A DNA stretch of 64,000 nt, the filler included, from Hyphochytrium catenoides (taxonomy: Eukaryota > Protista > Hyphochytriomycota): the NCBI GenBank assembly GCA_900088475.1. It is 14 parts of 14 records of this genome, joined end to end, with 100 filler letters (N's around TTAATTAATTAA, not from the genome) between each part and the next. Parts side by side here need not be neighbours in the genome. Positions count along the whole stretch, not along the records: positions 8,267 to 35,911 come from FLMG01002527.1; positions 36,012 to 41,873 come from FLMG01002976.1; 12 more parts are not named here. One strand, 5' to 3'. Of this stretch, positions 27,082 through 39,091 are shown in pieces. Position 1 is the stretch's first letter. Each line of letters opens with the position of its first letter. The translations under genes were made by a program, and so were the position numbers. The notes beneath the pieces were generated by a model. The model was not told the DNA's origin, made no database searches, and saw nothing but the letters and a program-made list of their open reading frames with translations.

Positions 27082-27269
27082 CCTACATGTAGCTCTCTCT
27101 CTCTCTCTCTAACGATATGTCTCCATCTCTCTGTCTCTCTCCTCCCGGTCTCTCTCGTCTTCTCTCTGTTTTCTTGTCTGTTTATTCTTTAGCCGGACGA
27201 CAGAGACGGGGCAAAGCAAAGCGGGAAATCTCCTCCAAAGCGATCAAAGTCAAAAGTACGATAGTTGGT

Positions 27270-27315
<46 letters not shown>

Positions 27316-29611
27316 TCTCTCTCTCCCTCTCTCTCTTTACTTTTGCCCTTCCTTTCTCTTTTTCTACAGCGCACTGTGGTTTTCTTTTGTCCTCTACGCG
27401 TCCTGCTCCCAGGTCTCCCTCTCTCTTCTCTTCTCCTCTCTCTATTTCTATCTCTATTCAAGTCGCACACCTCTGCACTATCTCTCTTTCTCTCTCTCTT
27501 TGTCCTTCCTCCCCACCCCCGCCGCTTCATCCTTTTTCCTATCCATGTATCTCTCCCTATAAACGCAGTCTCCTTCCCCTCTCTCTCTTTCTTTCTCTCT
27601 CTTTCTTTCTCTCTCTCTCTCTCTCTCTTCCTCTCGGTCTTCATCTCTCTCCCTTCTGTTTCTCTCCCTTGCTAATGTTTCTCCTGTCACTCTCTCTCTG
27701 TCTCTGTCTCTCTCTCCTTTCTGTCTCTCTTTCTCTCCCCGTATTGCTAAAGCTCGATGGAAGCTCCAAAAAGCTGGCTTCTGCCAAGGCGATCGCAGGA
27801 GCAGTAGCAGCGGTGGGCAGAGAGGAAGACAGGGAGAGAGAAGGAGAGAGAGAGAAAGGAAACAGTCTCTCTCCCCCGCCAATGTTGAAAGTACAGACCT
27901 CACGGCGTATCGTTAATAAAGGGGGAGAGAAAAGAGAGAAAGAAGAGAGAGAAAGAGAGAGAGAGAAGAAGGGCAGTCGTTCTTCTACATCTGCTTCTCT
28001 CTCTTCCTCTTCTTCCATCTCTTCCAAACTGGCGCAGGTGGTGCCAGGTGAAGGAGAGAGAGAAGAAAAGAGAGAGAAAAAAGAGGGAGGAGAAGGAGAG
28101 ACAGCAAAGGGAGGAGGAGGAGGAGTCCCAAGACGAAGCAGAAAAGACTCAACAACTGTTTTCACAAGCTTAGGGACAAGAGCAGGTAGATGAATTCTTC
28201 CTCTCTCTCTCTCTCTCTCTCTCTCGCCCCCTCTCTCTCTCTCTCTCTCTCTCTCGCTCTCTCTCTCGCTCTCTCTCTACCCCTCCATCTATCTCTGTCT
28301 TTTCTCCCTTTCTCTTTCACCCTAGGTCTCTAGTTCCTCTCCTTTCACTTCTCCGTCTCCTTTTCGGGATTATCCCCATCCTTCTCCCGTTCCCTCTCTC
28401 TCTCCTCTCTAGAATGAGCTTATCATCATCTCTGTTTGTACTCTCTTTCTCTCTCCCTGTATCTCTCTCAGTGCCTCGCTCTCTACCTCTCTGTTTATGT
28501 CTCTCTCTCTCTCTGTCTCTCTCTTTCCCCTCCACACCGTTTTCTCTTCTCCTTCAAGCTGAACCATCTGTTTTTTTTTTGGCGCGTCTCTCTCGCGGGC
28601 TACTCTTTCTGCTTATCCCTCTCCTCTCTTACTATATCCTTCCTCGCGCTTCTGTCTTTGGCGTCTTCGCTAACTCACACTCTCTCTCTCTCTCTATGTC
28701 TCTCTCGCGATGTCTCTCTCTCCGGCTTTCAATACTTGCTCCGTCGCGCTTTCTCTGCATGCCTGCTTGTCTCTTTTGTATGTGTCTCTCTCTCTGTTCA
28801 CTTCTTTTCTTCCATCTTTCCCTTTTCTCTCTCTTCTCTCTCTCGCTCTGGATACGCTTTCTCTCTTCCAGGCACCGTGGTCCTCGAGGAGGAGGAGCTC
28901 AAGGATCTCGTCATATCAGCCTGCAGTAAGAGAGAAGCACGGAGTTCAAGTTCTTTCTTTCTTTCTTTCTTTTCTCCTTTCTTTCTAGTCTCTCTCTCTT
29001 TCTCTCTCTTCTCTCTTTATTCCTTCTTTTTGCCTTCTACTCTTTTCTCTCCAGCAGATTACAATCTACCTCCTGACTTGGAGAAGGACTTCTATTTTCC
29101 TCTCTGTCNNNNNNNNNNNNNNNNNNNNNNNNNNNNNNNNNNNNNNNNNNNNNNNNNNNNNNNNNNNNNNNNNNNNNNNNNNNNNNNNNNNNNNNNNNNN
29201 NNNNNNNNNNNNNNNNNNNNNNCTTACTCCCGACATGTCACCATCCCTTACATTCACCTCTGACGTTTTCTCTTTTCTTTCTTTCGCCCTCTTTCTCTCT
29301 TCTCTCTCTTCATGTCTCTCTCTCTCCAGTGGAGCAGAGTGATCTTCAGCAGCTGAAGGAAGTCTTCCTTAGAGTTGACGTAGAGTAAGCATCAGCTCTC
29401 TCTCCCTTTTTCTGTCTTCACACCACCTCTCTCTCTTCTTTCGCGGTCTTCTCCCTCTTTCCCTCAATCTCTCTCTCTCTTTCTCTTTTGGTATGACATG
29501 CTCTAAATTTCTATCTCTCTCCTGGAGATTAGCGGTCCTCTCGGGTGTCGTCGCATAAAGCTTTCACTTTCTCTGAATATTTACAGCCTTCTTTCTCTCT
29601 CTCTGTCTCTC

Positions 29612-29650
<39 letters not shown>

Positions 29651-30181
29651 CCATTTCCCTCTTCCTCTTTTTCTCTCCCCGTATCTCTTGTACCTCCCTC
29701 CACCCTTTTCTCTCATTCTCTCTCTTTTTTCGAGTAGAAACACCTCTATGATCACGATGAATGAATTCTTGCGTCTCGTGGAAGAGAAGAACAAAAACCT
29801 GCTCATCATTCTCCTCCGAGCAGCAGGTGCAGGCTCTCTTCTCTCTTTCTCTCTTTCACTTACTCTCTCTCCCTCTCTCCCTCACTCTCTCTCTCTTTCT
29901 CCCTACATATATATATACCCTCTTTCTTTCTTGGTGTCTTTCTCTCTTCTTTCATTCCCAAACCCTATCCCTTTGACTTCGGGCCTTCCTCAGGTCATTT
30001 TCCTCTGTCCCTATCTCTGCCTGACCGTGAGTCTCTCTCGCGCTGTCGTTGCTCTCTCTTCCGCCCTTCCATTCACCCTCCCAACCCCAACCCCTCCTCT
30101 CTCATTATCTCTCTCTCTCCTCTCACTCTCTCTCTTTCTCTNNNNNNNNNNNNNNNNNNNNNNNNNNNNNNNNNNNNNNNN

Positions 30182-30223
<42 letters not shown>

Positions 30224-30612
30224 TCATTTTCTATCACATCCTCTATCTCACCCTTGACTTCTCTGTATCTCTCTCTATTTCTCTCTCGCAGTGATTTATC
30301 CCTTTGACCCGCGTCAGGAAGCAGTCATTTTCCCTCAGTTCCTGGAGATTGTGGTGCGCTTCTGCACCAAGACAAAGCTGGAGATACAGAGATGTGAGTA
30401 GAGGAATTCTTGTCACTAGTTTTTCATCTCTCTGCTTTTCTCTTTCTTTCTCTTCTTCTCTCTCTCTTTTTCTCTCTCCTCTCTCTGTATCTCTCCTTCT
30501 TTTTTCCTCTCTCTACGGCTTGTCTTTGTCTTCCCCTGATCCTGTCTCTCTTCACAATAAGTTATGCTTTCCGTCCGTTGCTTCTAGATACTGAAGTGCT
30601 GTTTGCGTTATC

Positions 30613-30643
<31 letters not shown>

Positions 30644-30954
30644 ATTCTCTGTGACTCTATATCTCCCCCTCGCTCTGTCTCGGTATCTCTCATTTTCATA
30701 CTTTCTCTCTCTCCCTCTCGGATACTCCCTGTGGTAGTTCTCTTTGAATCGCTCGACGCAGATACCAGCGGAGCCCTGGACACGGTACTTTCTCTCTGGC
30801 GCATCCTTTTTGCTCCTTCTTTTCTCTCTTCTTTCTCTCTTTCTCTCTCTCTCTCCCGTCTTCTCAACCTCCCTCTCGTCTGCCCTCTCCATTAAACTAA
30901 TATTCCATTCTCAATCTTTCACCGGCTATCATCTCTTGTCGAAATCTCTTCCTG

Positions 30955-30999
<45 letters not shown>

Positions 31000-31236
31000 C
31001 TCTCTCTCTCTCTCCGTCTCTCTCTCTCTCTTCTGTCCCTTAAAACTTATCTCTCTCCCTGACCATTTCTCTCTCCCTCCCAGGCGGAAGCACGACGTCT
31101 TGTAGAGCTTCTCAACAGCGGAACCTCCTTCTTTGAAGGAAATGTCAACAGGATGATGGAAGAGTTCGACAGGTGGCTGAGAAGGAGTGACGCTTCTCTT
31201 GCTTCTGTCTGTTTGTGTCTCTCTCTCCCCCTTTCA

Positions 31237-31270
<34 letters not shown>

Positions 31271-32612
31271 AATAATCTATCTATCTTTCTCTTTGTATTT
31301 AGCTCTCCTCGATCTCTCTCGATCTCTCTTTCTATTTTTACCTCCTCCTCTCTATTCTGCTCTTTGTCTCTCCGCTTCTCGGTCTGTCTCGTTCTCTCTC
31401 CCTCCCTGTGGACCTTTCCTAGCTGCTCTCGCGACCCGATATTTCCTCATTCTTTGCATATCTTCGGCCTCTTCCTACCATACTTGTCGTCGTTCTCTCT
31501 CTCCCTTACTCCCGTCTTTCGTTCTCTTTATCTCTCTCTTTTCTCTCTTTGTCGCCCTCTCCCAGTCTTCTCATGTCTTCTCTCTCTTCCCATGCAGGAA
31601 CAAGGATGGGAGGATGGACTATGAGGAGTTCATGGAAATGATGCGGAAGACACCTCTTCCTTTTTTTCCCATCTTCAGGCTTCAGGAGACTCTCCAGAGA
31701 CAGACGCTAGGTAAGTTGATCACAGAGAGAGAGAGAAGAGAGAGATTGAGGAAGAGAGAGTGAGGGAAAAGGAAAGGTCAAACAGAGGGAGAAAGTAGGA
31801 GGGGGTTGAGACGTGAAAGAAAGAGAGAGAAGGGAGAGACAGACCAGACAAACATAGAGAAGAGCGAACAGAGAGAGAAGAGAGAGCCCGACGATTATAG
31901 AGGATCTCATTGAGCCAGATTAAGAATAAAAGAGAACAAGGGAAGAGATTCAAAAAAGTTTCACTTAGTTCAACTTTTCTAGGGCTGAGCCGGTGGGGAA
32001 CCATCATAGGAAGGATCACCAAGAGAAAGGCTGTTGAGGAGTACAAGGTAAGGAGAAAGGGGGAGAGAGAGAGAGAAAGGGGAGAGAGAGAGAGAGAGGT
32101 AGTTGGATAGAACGAGAGAGAAGGACTCCACGACACCATATCTTCCCATTACGGTTGCAGTCCTATATACTGCGAGCCAGCCATCAGTGCCTTCCATCCC
32201 GCTGAGTTCGTCTGGAACCCTGCTTTATGTTAGGTTATCAATCGTCTCTCTCTCTGTCTCTCTTCCCTCTCCCTGTCACCCGACCTCCATGATGCATCTA
32301 TTAAGGTCCAGCACGCTGCCAGTCGTCTCTTTCTTCTCTTCTTGCGCTGGGACTAACTATTTTCCTCTGGGCCATCTGGTCGCTGTTCTTCTACCTCCTT
32401 TTTTTGATCGCTATCTTTCTTCTGTTTTCTCCGTTTCTCGTTGTTTCTCCGTCTCTCTTCAACAAACGCAGTCCGCTCACAACGGCAATGCTCCTACTCC
32501 GTCTTTCCTGGACTGGATTCTCTCTCTTCTGGGCGTCGGTAGATACAAAGTCTACGACCACGCGGCAGCACTCAGAAGAAAGCAGACGGAGCGTGACAAG
32601 ATGATCCTTTAG
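25624..32612 (+). CDS. EF-hand calcium-binding protein (calcineurin-B-like) with a long low-complexity N-terminus, about 13 exons
   Basis: Exon peptides: LQQLKEVFLRV, NTSMITMNEFLRLV, FPQFLEIVVRFCTK, LFESLDADTSGALDT|AEARRLV, MMEEFDR|NKDGRMDYEEFMEMM (canonical EF loops), FFPIFRLQETLQRQTLG|LSRW. The last exon is 32472-32612. N-terminal exon boundaries are approximate. Confidence 0.85.
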
Positions 32613-32684
32613 ACATAGAGAGAGGATAAAGAGACCGCCCAAAGTGCGGAAGACGGATATATAATAAAGGGGCATAGTGTGAAG

Positions 32685-32729
<45 letters not shown>

Positions 32730-33619
32730 GGCAGCAGTCGGTCACATTTCAATGTTAATTTGTTGTCGTTCTCCCGCCTCCTGTTTTGTGGGCGGTATTT
32801 GTGTGTCCTGTACATGATGGGCCAGCAGGGCGGCCCACAGGAAATATTATCATTTAAGAGACCAGCCTCCGCCTGAAGGAAGCGGCAGCCTGGCCCTTAC
32901 TTAGACCTTATTAAGAAAGCTAATTCTTCTACCGCCGCGATGTAGACGTTACACTATCAACAGATTCCTCCTCTGCCCTTTGCCCTTTGAGTGGCTTGAG
33001 TGCACTGGCGAGGAAGACACTGCAATGGTTTCCAGCCTTTGGTGCATCGCAAGCTAGCACTTTAAGAAGCACATCCTCCCCAAACTGAGAGTCCAACTGT
33101 TTGGCCTCGCTTGTGTGATGACTTTATGATGAGCAAGCGTGTCGGCGTGGGTGGTTGTGCTTTCTGTCGAACTGTGAAGAAGGCGTTGATTGAAATCAAA
33201 GGGTAATTCCGACGGTGGAAGGTGCACATGAGCAGTGCAGTGACCTAGCGTGCCTGGAAAAACCTGACACGTTTGGTACGGGCAAGGTGCTCTATCCTAG
33301 ATAAAGCCCCTTCCCTGCAACGTCGCTAACCGCAGGCAGCATCATGCCGCTAACGACAATGCTGAAGAACCAAGCGCACGTGCCAACTCTTCTGACTCAA
33401 CAAGAGCGACCTCCTTCCCTCTTCTGGACCTCATCATCGATCAGAAGCAGCAATTGACGCACTCCTTGTCATCTTGGACAAGACTAGCAGCACAGCACAT
33501 CGAGCCTGAAGAAGTGCCAGTGCCAGGCCTCAATCCTATCGTCGCCTCTCCTACTACAGCCCAGGTTTCTGTAGATCCTCTTCTTTCAGATTCTGTCAGT
33601 CCAGATGTGCCAGATAACG

Positions 33620-33963
33620 AAGTCTGATGAAGTTTACAGAGCTGGATGGCAATGCCTGAAGCTTCTGTATGAGCACAATCTAGATGAAACGATAACAAAG
33701 GGACTGGGTGTTGATATATGATTGAGATTTCTCTGAATGACTGAGTCATGAGTCTCTCTGGTCTGCTCTCAAGATGATCTTTTGCTCGGCCCAGCTTCCC
33801 TCATCATCTCTCTCTCCTGTGCTCCAGCGTTCTTCTGGAAATTCTTCTCACATCCCTCTTTCCCATAACACAGGTGTATCCGTAACGTCTATGTCCCTGA
33901 GAGCTAGGTGTGTATAGAGAGTGACTACTGTACTACTGACAAAGAACATTGTAGCACTCAACA
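33620..33963 (-). mobile_element. 3' LTR of Copia family 1, with PPT at 33964-33973; the distal LTR end is approximate
   Basis: The minus strand reads TGAGGGGGAG|TGTTGAG. A closely similar copy lies at ~62340-62682. Confidence 0.8.
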
Positions 33964-34016
33964 CTCCCCCTCATACCTAGCTTCTCTGGATCATCAGTGG
34001 TGAGGGTCGAATTAAC

Positions 34017-34293
34017 TCACCTACTGTCGTTCTCACTCACTCTCTCCCCCTCAGACGAAGCTAGGTGGGTAGTAGTGGCAAGAGTACTGACACTAGGAGG
34101 GAGCACTCCAAGGTGAGGACGCAGTGTCTGAAAGAGAGGAGCAGGTAAAGGCTTGGTGAGGCAATCGGCTACCATAGGTGCAGAGGGAGTATAGACCAGC
34201 TTAACTCTCCCATTGGCTACCTTGTCTTGCAGGACACAGTGCTCGACATCCAAAGTCTTTGACTTTGGTCGTGAAGAGGAGCAGAGGGCGATC
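34017..34293 (-). pseudogene. Ty1/Copia RNase H C-terminal fragment (family 1)
   Basis: SKTLDVEHCVLQDKVANGRVKLVYTPSAPMVADCLTKPL matches the Copia KHID...ADxLTK region. It is cut at 34293 by another insertion. Confidence 0.85.
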
Positions 34294-34717
34294 TGTAGTA
34301 TGTAAGAAAGTGAGTCAATAGGTTTAGCTAAGTCTTCGCTTCGGCTGGCCAGGCCTCAGCTCCGACAAAGCTCTGCAGAGGAAGACTTCTAAGGCGATTT
34401 TAAGCACTTTTCTCTTAGATCGAACTTTATTGGCTGATTGACATTGTTAGCAAAAGCAAACCGATCTCAGGGAGAGCAGAGACAGAAGGGGGAGAATAGA
34501 ACTAGAGATGAGAGCAGCCTCCTTCGTAGCAAGCGCTACGCTGATAGCCAACCATTGGCGGCCCAGGAGACTCGGACTACCCATCCTCGTCGGCTAGTTC
34601 CTCAAAGCCCGCGGCGCTCTCGCCCGCGCCTTCACCTATCCACCTCCTGGCCCCAGCGCTAGCTCCAAGAGATAAACCGAGAGCTCGTAGTTCAGAGGAG
34701 TATACGGTACTACTACA
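34294..34717 (-). mobile_element. LTR-like segment (424 bp) inserted in the Copia RNase H
   Basis: Termini TGTAGTA...TACTACA form a 7-bp inverted repeat exactly at the RNase H breakpoint. A purine tract AAAGGGGAAGG lies about 11 nt upstream on the minus strand. No TSD, which fits the 3' LTR of a longer element. Confidence 0.6.
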
Positions 34718-35105
34718 CGGAGTATTCACCTTCCCCTTTAAAGAGCTTCGCTGCCGGAGAAAACTAGTAAGTATCCTCCACTACTGCCATCGTAGCAGTA
34801 CCGTTGACCGTGGAGGCAGCAGCAATTGGGAATCATCATCTTCCTGATGGCAACAAGCGATTGCCAACAGCTCCTTCCTGAGAAGAAGAAGTTCGTCGTG
34901 GATGGCGAGACAACTAGGCCACAGAAGCTCACCACCATCCTTGGCTCTTTGAAGGCGTCCGTCCAGCAGCCAGCGCCGCCCGTCCTTCAAAGAATAAGAG
35001 AGTCCTCCCACTTACCCGCCCCCCTATAAGTATCAATCTTCTAAACATGTTCACAAACACAAGCAGCAGTCACCAACCAGTTCCGTGACTCCAACTAGAA
35101 GAGAG

Positions 35106-35412
35106 TGTTATAATGTATGGGATTTGAAGACACTCTTATTTAGGTTATGCGGTCTACTGATATGCTCGAAGTGAGTATGAAGAGCTTACGGGACCCTGTT
35201 TCCTAGTTATCACGTTGTCTAGTTGCTCTGGAGAGTAACTGTGTCTCGTATAAACTACTAGACCCAGTTACTACTTCTTGTCGTCGTGTGATGACTTACC
35301 TAATGATAATAATCTAGTTACGAAACACTTTGTTTTGTGCCTTCTTCCTCTTGTCAGATAGAGTCTGGAACTGTGAGCCTCTTAGAGCTCTTGTCAGCTT
35401 CTGCTCTCAACA
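35106..35412 (-). mobile_element. 3' LTR of Copia family 2, with PPT at 35413-35422
   Basis: The minus strand reads TGCGGGGAGG|TGTTGAG. Termini are TGTT...AACA. The same PPT/LTR start is at 62720-62734. Confidence 0.75.
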
Positions 35413-35422
35413 CCTCCCCGCA

Positions 35423-35840
35423 GGTCCAGACTTCTGAGTGTCCGTCGGCCTCCGCCTTGTCCTCCCCGGAAAGTAGACTTTGTCTCACGACGGATGTGGA
35501 CGGGACAATCCCGAGTGGGGGGAGAAGTTCTCAGAACTGAGGTGCTGGTAACGCCTTCGTGAGAATGTCGGCAGTCATCTTCTTGGTTGGACAGTGTTGC
35601 AATTCCAAGACTTTGCGATTCACCTGGTCTCTAACCACGCAGTGTTTGACATCAATATATTTCGACTTTGGTCTCGGCATCTCGCACACTGTTATTGTGC
35701 TCTTGTTGTCTTGATGTGCGAGGATGGGTCTACTCAATGGATACTGAAGCTCCTGTAAGGAACAAGAGATATGTTCTGCATGTTTGGCTCCGGTCCACAG
35801 TGAGATGCACTCAGCTTCAGTGGTTGAAGAAGCCACTACG
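35423..35840 (-). pseudogene. Ty1/Copia RNase H (family 2), with a premature stop
   Basis: VASSTTEAEC...HQDNKSTI...KSKYIDVKHC...MTADILTKAL. Confidence 0.9.
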
Positions 35841-38773
35841 CGCAGGTTTTCGCAACGGTCATTGGGAGTCGAACACGGATCTATCGAAGCTGAATTGTCG
35901 GTATCGCATACNNNNNNNNNNNNNNNNNNNNNNNNNNNNNNNNNNNNNNNNNNNNTTAATTAATTAANNNNNNNNNNNNNNNNNNNNNNNNNNNNNNNNN
36001 NNNNNNNNNNNGAGAGAGAGAGAGAGAAAGAGAAGAGAGAAGAGAGAAAGGAAGATGACATGATGGCACACGGACACACAGCTAATTATTCCATATAGTA
36101 TGCAGTATATGGAGTATAGCTGGCTTATCTTGATGCATTATCATGAATACCTGTACTGTAACGGTCTGGTGAGGAAGGGTTGTGGTGGCCCCCACCTCCC
36201 AAGTCCTTCCTCTTCCTCTGTTTGCTTCTCTATCTCATGCAGCTCTGTCTCTCTCGTCTCCCGTTTATCACCCTCGCCGTTCTGGCTCGTGTCTCTCTGG
36301 CTCTCTTCTTGTGTCTCTCTCCCACTACCCTGATATCATCCTCCATGTCTCTTTCCCTTTGCTTGCACTTCCCTCTCTTCTTCTTCAACATTTCCCTCTC
36401 TCTCTCTCGCTCTTTGAACTTGGCTCGTCGCTGTCTTTCCTGACCCTTTTCTTCTCTTGTCCCTTTGTCCTCCAGGAGGTAAGATGTCAATCATCAGAGC
36501 CATTTCTTGTGCTGTGCATTCGTCTCAAGCACCAGCGCGCATCTCCATTCTTGAGTCTTCGCCTCTCTTGGATCTATCTCCGTTTTCTCTCTCTCTCTCC
36601 ATCTCTCTCTCTTTTTTTTCTCTTGGTCTCTCTTCTGTTTGGTGCTTGTTGCTCTTTCTCTCTCTTCTTCTTCGTCTTCTCCTAACTTCCCTCCACACGT
36701 TCCTAGCTCAAGCTCTTCGCATTCCTCTCCGTCTCCGTCAGTCAGTCTCCCTGTTGAAGTGCTTTTCTCTTCCTTCTTTCTCTCTCTCCTCTGCTCTTTC
36801 TCGCTCTGTCTTATTCCTCCGGACCCAGGCGCTTCTCAAGCCAGCAGTGTTGACGGCAACAAGTCTCTCTCTCTCTCTCTCTCCACTTGAGAACAGTGAA
36901 GAGAGAGGACAGAAAAGAGATGCTCTTTCATAAGGCGCCGCTTGTCCGGGTTTGCCCCTTGTGATCATTGTGGCCTCTAACCAGCCGTCGTCGTGACCGA
37001 TTGGTCCCTTATTCCCTAATATAATGACGGACTTCACATCGCCGCTGATCCACTTTCCCCCCGTAGTACTAGGATCGCGCGCACATCAGCTGGCTGGCCA
37101 CCAGCAGGAGGAAGGCCTCCTTGCACTAAGCTTTGTATAGAGATAAAGAGAGAGAGAAGGAAGCAAGCAGGCTAGAAAAGGAAAGAGGAGAGAGAGCGCT
37201 AGAGAGATCACTCACCCGCGGTTGGCCACTGATCAGAGGACCTGGCAGACTCTCTCCACTGCAGCGGCAGGCAGGCAACAGTCTTCCTGCTGAGGACTCT
37301 TCTTGACTAAAGCTTCATACTAATCAAGTTAGATTGGAGCTGCTGCTGCTTCTTCCGTCATCGCTGTTCAACTGCTGACCGCATCGGTATCATCCAGGAC
37401 TCTATCATTATCGCCATCATGAGGCACGCACAGTGGACCGATGGCGCGGTAAAAGAAAGACTGTCAGGGTCTTCATATAGAGTTGTTCTTTGGCAGAGCT
37501 CAATGATCCTTCCTGGATGAAGTCCATCGGTCGATGTAGGGAAGACGGAAGAGAAGAAGAAGATACGCCTCACTATTGAGATCTCCTGCTTGTACGCGGT
37601 CTTCCGCCTTCTTCAGGAATCTCCTAGGTTCTAGCTCATGCTGTGCAGTGCCAGGACGGAGAACGAAGGCAAGAATCCGATGAATGGCTATCAGTCAACG
37701 GTTGAATAATTATCCCGCCCATGCTGAGGCGCGCTGTCCTGTCAAAGGCTCACCACCATAGTTGTTCCTTGTGTTCGTTGTCATCATTTCGTCTTCTTCT
37801 CTGCAGCCTCGCTCAGCATTGCTTCCGTCCTTATCCGACGACGAAGAGGAAGGGGATCTAGCACGCCACAAAGACCACCACTGCCACTGTTTCAGATGCG
37901 CCAACTCCTTCAACGACGACTCATGCCTTCACTCAGCACTCTCCTCCGCCGCCTTGATGTGTGCCCAGATACTGGCGGAGAGTAAATGCTCCGTACAACT
38001 TTGCCTCATGTTACCTGTGCGGAGGTTAACACACCTTCTTCCCGCTGGTAACAGGAGAGACGGCCCTGCTAGCGAGGAAGTCATTGGCCTCTGTCTCATA
38101 TGAGTCAACATCTCCGTCCCGCACTGAGTAATAAAGAAGAGTATTCACCTTGTTGGTTGAGAGCTTTAGAGCGGAGAAGGAAGGAAGATTCAGCCAGTGC
38201 TTCTTCTTCATCCTGGAGCCTCAGCTGGTTCATCATAACCATGGGCATCGGAGAGTTGGCACCAAGCTTATTGTTAGGATCTTCTCCTGTTGTTAGTTCT
38301 CCCAAGCCAGAGGAGGACAGTATCCCGCCGGCAAAAGAGAGAGAAGATAATACCTTTGTCATCGTCATTGGCGAGAAAGTCCTTGGTCTTTCCGGTGCCA
38401 CTCCTGTCACTTCATCAGAAGAAGAAGAAGACCGTCGTCTTCTTCCGCCACCAGGAGGAATGACCGTCCTTCTCTCTCCCAGTAGCGTCCCCGGCCCCCA
38501 GGTGGCCGACTGATCTCCCTGCTTTCGTCCTTTCCTTTTCTTTCTTCTTGGACACTTGTTCCCGGTAGTTCATTCGCCCGGGTGTCTCTCTCCTCTGTTT
38601 GTCCAGTTATAATCAGTATCTGTCTCCTCTCGTTCTCTCTTTGTTCTTCAGACACTGACAGGAAACCAGGACCTGAAGAAGGGCTCTTATGACAGGATCT
38701 CACGTTAGGGCTACTGATACCTTCCATAACTCTCATGGATTATGGGAAGAAAAGGAGGCGGCGGAGGAAGAGG

Positions 38774-38977
38774 AAGAAGAGACAACAAGAGCGACAAAGC
38801 CTTGCTCTCTTCTTCGACTCTCTCTCTTCTCCACTCTGGCTTATCAGAACAAGAAGAAGAAGAAGAAGGAGGAGAAGATGAGGCGCCCAGAATCAAGAAG
38901 AAGAGACAACAAGAGCTACAAAGGCTTGGTCTCGTCTTCAGCTCTCTCTTCTCCACGCTCGTTATCAGAGAAGGAAG
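38774..38977 (+). repeat. Diverged direct duplication (two copies of ~80 bp, period ~123 bp)
   Basis: GAAGAAGAGACAACAAGAGC(G/T)ACAAAG...CTCTCTCTTCTCCAC...TTATCAGA occurs at ~38774 and ~38897. Confidence 0.7.
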
Positions 38978-39091
38978 GATCATAGTTGACTCAGTGGTAC
39001 TAATAAGGAAGGAGAAGAAGGAGGGAGAAAGATAAGGCGCCAACCACATAGTCATCATCTTCTTCGTTGTTATTGTTAGGGCTATTACGAC

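Noticed and set aside
32960-33140. hAT transposase dimerisation-domain relic (PFEW..ALARK..HILPKLR..L)
   Set aside because: It needs several frameshifts. Suggestive only; it needs tBLASTn or an HMM search.
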